NCBI GenBank assembly: GCA_907165135.1
Contig: OU015569.1
Coordinates: forward strand, 9,548,001 to 9,612,000
Source: Oikopleura dioica
Taxonomy: Eukaryota > Animalia > Chordata
Length of the DNA: 64,000 nt
Direction of reading: 5' to 3'
Part shown: positions 59,091 to 64,000 of the stretch, piece after piece
Position numbering within the stretch: the first letter of the stretch is position 1
Layout of the letters: every line of letters starts with the position of its first letter
Position numbers and translations under genes: made by a program
Notes under the pieces: generated by a model
Told to the model about the DNA's origin: nothing
Databases searched by the model: none
The model's input: only the letters and a program-made list of their open reading frames with translations

Positions 59091-60920
59091 TTACGAGTCA
59101 TTTATGGTCACTTCGCGGACGACTGTTTGTTGACCAGATGCGTCCGTTGTTTGGACCGATTGCAGCGGAACAGTTTGAATAACTTTGATGGGAATTTGCT
59201 TTGAGATCGCATTTGAAAGTCCCAAATCGTCCATCGGCGATTGGAGTTTCAGCTCGATCGCTTGACCATTTGCATTCGTTAGGATTTGCCTTGCGCTCTC
59301 CTGTCCAGTGCTGCCAGCAACGGATACTGTCCCATTGATTTGATTTAGGACTAGGTGCGGCGTCTGGTGGGAGTTCTGTGGTGATTGCTGTTGTACCGGG
59401 CTGTGATTCGAAGGAGAAGAAGTGTGGTTTTTGTTAGTGTCGAACTTTGGTTTTGGCATGGCTTTCTTGATTTCCTCCTATAAATTTCATTATAGAACTT
59501 CGCAAGTGACTCCATTAATAACTTACAAGAGTTCCGTCGCCTTTTTTGACGTGCGTCTTCGCGTGCCTTATGCGTTCATCACTTCTAGCAAATCCACGGT
59601 TGCATATGGGACAGACATAAGGCTTTTCTTTCGTGTGGCATCGTGTATGTGTCCTCAGATGGTCCTTTCGCGTGAATTTCCTCGTACAGTATTGGCAAGC
59701 TGAATCAGTAATTTGGAAGAGTCTTCCTTTGTGTCTTACCAAAAGGGCGCGTATCTGTGTGAATTCTTTCGTGACGTTTACATTCATCTGCTCGAGCAAA
59801 TCGTTTGTAACAGAAGGAGCAGGAATGGGGTCGATCTTCATGCGGAACCTTGAAAGAGAAGTTACTTTTACTATCCAGCCAACTCCACAAACATTTACCT
59901 GAGAGAAGGGACTTGGATAGATATGAGCAGTCGACACTTCCTTATTGAACTCGACACGCTGACCAGGTGGAATGAGCGTCGTCTGTGTCGGTTTTATTCC
60001 CGCAATTCCAGCAGCATCTTCCACCAGATTTATCGAGCTCGAATTCTCAGAAACTATAAACTTTGAAAATGGATTCTCCTCGTTGATTTCTTACCTTTCA
60101 CAACTTTAACTTTCTGACTCGGGCTGACGGGGTTAGAAGTTGTCGTCTGGTTCGCCTGTGGACTTTGAAGAAGAAGAATTTGTTGACCGCCATTTTGACC
60201 ACCTGTAAAAGTCTTTACGGACATATAACTATTTAGCTTAGTACCTTGCTGAGGAATTACAAAAATACTGTTCTGCGGGATGATCATGATCTGACTTGTT
60301 TGCCCATCTCCATTTTGAATCTGGAGTATCTGCTGCGTCTGATTAGTTTGAGGAATTTGTATGAACTTCTGGTTGGAAGAATTCGACACTAGAGCCAGTA
60401 TCAATAGATGCACTTTTGGAGACTCCTACCTGTTTGAAAAGTGATATTCTGGCTAGATGCGTCTAGAACACGAGTCTTGGTGGGCGGTTCACATTCCTCA
60501 GATGTGATCAGTTCGATACCGTCTTCGTCGTTCTCACCAATATGCGTTCCATCATTCTCATCGATATACGTGATTTCGTGGCCGGCTAAATTGTCTCGAG
60601 TCAGTATACTGATAGACTTTTCTGCTAAAGGTCGGGATGTTAACACTCACATGCAGCTGAAATCGGTGTCGTATAGATCGTAACGTTTTCTTGCGAGCGG
60701 GGACGGGCTCATCCTCAAACTGAACGGGCTGACTTTGCTGAAATTGGAACGTTGTCTGGCTATTCTGAAGGTTTCCGGAGGTGCCCGGGTTGACAGAATT
60801 CGGCGTGTTTATCACGAAACTTTCTATCTTCGGAGTGTTTTCGGCCTTGCCGCACTCTACGAGCTCGACCGTTTGACTCAGTTCATCGTCCGTCTTCATT
60901 GACTCGATCGTGGTCATCAT
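59091..60920 (-). CDS. EGR-like: EGR/Krox-type C2H2 zinc-finger transcription factor
   Basis: Three fingers with recognition helices [16 protein letters not shown] and RSDERIRH, preceded by PHEDRPH. Gln-rich regions. A further upstream exon at 61626-61808 may join in phase 1. Confidence 0.88.
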
Positions 60921-62737
60921 GCTGGGCACTAAAATTACAGTGAATTAATGGAATTTTTTGACGTTATATTGATACGAAAATTTCGCTGAGTATTCTTACG
61001 GTCTGGAAAGTCGAAGAACATTTTAATGAGAAAAAATTATCAGGCGTCGAGCTTTCTCGTTTCTTATTATTTTAATTTAGATGCTCTGTGAATATATGAT
61101 CATTCACAAATAGTTCTGATAGCGCATTTAAATGGATGTGCTTGGCGAAGCACAAAAGAAGAGACTATCGCTCAATATAGCGTCCAATTGTTATTTTCCA
61201 TTGTGTTCAACATTGCGAAATGATGATGATAGAAAATATACATCGTCTCTCGTAATCAGTAAATTTAGGCGAGCTACAAATAATTAAATGAATGGATCCA
61301 AACGAATGAGTTCTGAATCTGAATTTTTGAGGTCTGTTCTTATTTTGTGGAAGCCCCCAAAGAAAAAGTACCAATTCTGTTAGTCGGTTAAAAAGTCTAA
61401 TTCAGAAAATAATGATTTTAGGCGACTTTCTAAGGATAAAATTAGATGGGAAAAACAGGTGGGAAACAACTTCTCCTTTTTTCTAGATTGAATTGTGTTT
61501 CTCAGTGAAATTTACGACGAAAACAAAGGGAGAAGCAATGTGAGAAACACTCTAAAATCTAGAAAATATTCAAGGAGTGCTTCCCACTGAATAATCGCCG
61601 ACAATAAATCGATGAGTGAGATTACCTATTTCGGACTGCGGCTCGGACTGAATTTGAATTCGTTTGGTTTGATGAAAAGGAGCGTGTCCAGTGATTTGCT
61701 CTGCATTGCGATTGTGATGAGCATTGACGGATTCTTTTTGAATGTCTTCATCCCTGGAAACAACGTTTATGGAACTGACAGAGCATCGAATGAGGGAAAT
61801 GATTGGAGCTGAGAATAAGGACTCGAGGCACGAAGAGAGATGGAAGCGATGAGAGCAAGAGTGATGATGTACTCACTTTTTGGATTGATTAGACATTCTA
61901 GATCGCCGCGGCCGCTGAGGTAGGCGAGTTCGGCTGAGCCACGTGGGCGGGAGTTGAGGCACGGGCGGATCCGTTCAGGACAATCTAAGGGTCTCTTTTG
62001 GGGGTCTCTGTGTGGGGTGTAGGCTGCAAAAGTGTGGGCCTGGGCTGGAGCTGGGCCCTCCTCCGTAATATAACCCCCGCTGTGGAGAGCAGCCAATCAG
62101 CAGCGCGGATCGACCCATGCCTACGCAACGAGAGGAACGAACCATCGCACCAAATGCGCGAAATGAGTCATCACATTGGAGAGCGCGCGACGCAACTCTC
62201 TCTGGTAGAAAATAGACAGAGCGGAAAATAGACATGATTACGGTCCCCAGGGCACAGAGCTGGAAGAGCAACAGTTAATATCTAACCAGTCGATAAAGAG
62301 ACAATAGAGACCCATCAACCCCGGCGCCGCACGAAAACGATGAACGGCCCGATTGACTACATCAGCGACGGACATGGACAGTTCTCATCTACCACCGCTA
62401 GACATTCTAGCGTCCCGCACAAATCCAAAGGAACCAGTTCTTCTATAATCAGACATAGTCAGGGTGCGTTTAGTAATCTTTATTCGAAATAGTTAAAAGC
62501 CCTTTCTTTCTCGAGATTTTTCTATCCTTCCGGCCTTATCGTTTGAAATAGCGAAGAGTAAGAAGGAGGTTAATTCAAAGATCGTCCCCAAATATTGTCT
62601 TAGGATTATCTAATAGTTATTTATTAGTGGTAATGGCTGGACAATAGTATTCTTTTCTTTTATTGCTTTGTCTGGGGCAGTAAATCAGTTCCGTTAGCTT
62701 ACATTCGTACATTTTTTTGTTAAATATAGACAGAGAA

Positions 62738-63770
62738 ATGAGCACTGAAGGTAAAAAACTGGATGAAGGGAAAGGAGAAGGAAAGTCCCGGAAAGATGCG
62801 AAGCCATGTCATGATGAGGCTCAGAAGATCATCGACTATCTCCAGAAGAAGTATAACTACCACCATTTGCCGTACGGATCGTCCGCCGACGATGGTCACC
62901 AGACGATCTTGACAAAGTGCAAGAACTTGCAGAAAGAGATTCTCTCCGTCTGCAGAAGAATCAAGCGAGCGAATCGCTCTTCAAAGTCCTTGCTCGACGT
63001 GCTCAACAACGAGGACGAATCCATCTGCCTTGTTATCAAAAGGAACCAGGTAGGAAGCGCAACATAAACAGTGCTCACCAACAGCGGAAGCTGGCATAAT
63101 ATTACTGGCATAATATTACATGCACCGTCACGTATTCAACCCGTTAAAATCTCGTTTCATTTAGGATGGTAGAATTCAAGTCGATGGAAGAAAAGTCTGG
63201 CCCCATGCGTTTATGTTTCATCTTTACGCGCTCTTCATCAAGGTCCGGGTTTCAAAGTGTCAGCAGGTCACTTAGTATCTCTCATTCATGGGTGCTTGAG
63301 TTCGATGGAACCTGGAAAAGGGGGACAACACCCGTGAGCAATGTGGAAATCATTCTGAGTTGCGAACGAAGGAAAACTTGAAAACTCCATGCAGCTACCC
63401 TTTTGCGGCGGAATGGGCGAACGGAGAAAATCTGCTTTGCATCAACCCTTTCCATTACGAAGAAAAACTAAAGATTGAAGTAAACTCGCTGGTTAAGCGA
63501 ACACCACTCACGAAAGGTCCTCCTTCGCGGCCGTCAACAGCCTCGTCGGTGAGAACCGAAGCTTCAGGAAACTCTTTGATGATAGACTCTAATTGTCTTG
63601 AGAAGCTTTCGCTCTCCAAGAATCTGTGGGAAGTGCCTAACAGACGCGAGCGCAAATTCGGCGATGATGAGCTGAAGAACGCCAAGGGTATCATCAAATT
63701 CGAAGAGACAGTCTCGAAGGCACACGAGAAAAGAAACATGCACAACACGAGAAGCAGAAGTCCTAGGTAA
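62738..63770 (+). CDS. SMAD-like: Smad MH1-domain protein (divergent); no MH2 in the window
   Basis: CLVIKRNQ|DGRIQVDGRKVWPH and PCSYPF..LCINPFHY retain the MH1 Cys/Cys/Cys/His zinc ligands. The last exon ends at AG/GTAATT, which is either a stop or a splice donor. Confidence 0.8.
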
Positions 63771-64000
63771 TTTTTATTATAACGTTCTATTTACTAAAAT
63801 GTACAGAATTTCATTAGCACTTTTTGTTATTGAGTAGGCAGAACTTGCTTAATATATAAACATATTGCTTTAATAAATGTTAGATGAGAATCAATTTTTG
63901 AAGAAGGTCTATAATTTTGTTGTAGACAATGTAACACAACCGGTCGTCAAGTTGCGTCAGATTTGCTAATAAACTATTGACTCAATAGCTACGAAAGCTT

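Overview
This is compact eukaryotic (chordate) genomic DNA with no prokaryotic features and no CRISPR array. Introns of about 40-60 nt, GA-AG and GC-AG introns, same-strand gene runs with AG acceptors just before the ATG, and divergent stem-loop histone genes suggest the larvacean tunicate Oikopleura dioica; this assignment is an inference. Recognisable genes: ADP/ATP translocase, AHCYL/IRBIT, an operon-like run (ATP6AP1-like, UBE2N, MOB2, Rheb-like), a nuclear-receptor LBD apparently lacking a DBD, alpha-SNAP-like, claudin, COUP-TF, an H2A/H2B pair, EED, a carbohydrate sulfotransferase, an alpha-amylase with four trefoil domains, an EGR-type zinc finger and a Smad MH1 gene. Several orphan genes are also present. 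The main unexplained structure is three non-autonomous hAT-type insertions, each with TAGG...CCTA ends and a perfect 8-bp target-site duplication (TSD). One is 3.2 kb and carries a 56-bp hairpin-rich satellite. One is a 960-bp foldback inside a coding exon of ATP6AP1. One is 675 bp, sits exactly on a splice acceptor and regenerates it, so it could be spliced out like an intron. Gene models were traced by eye and exon edges are approximate.
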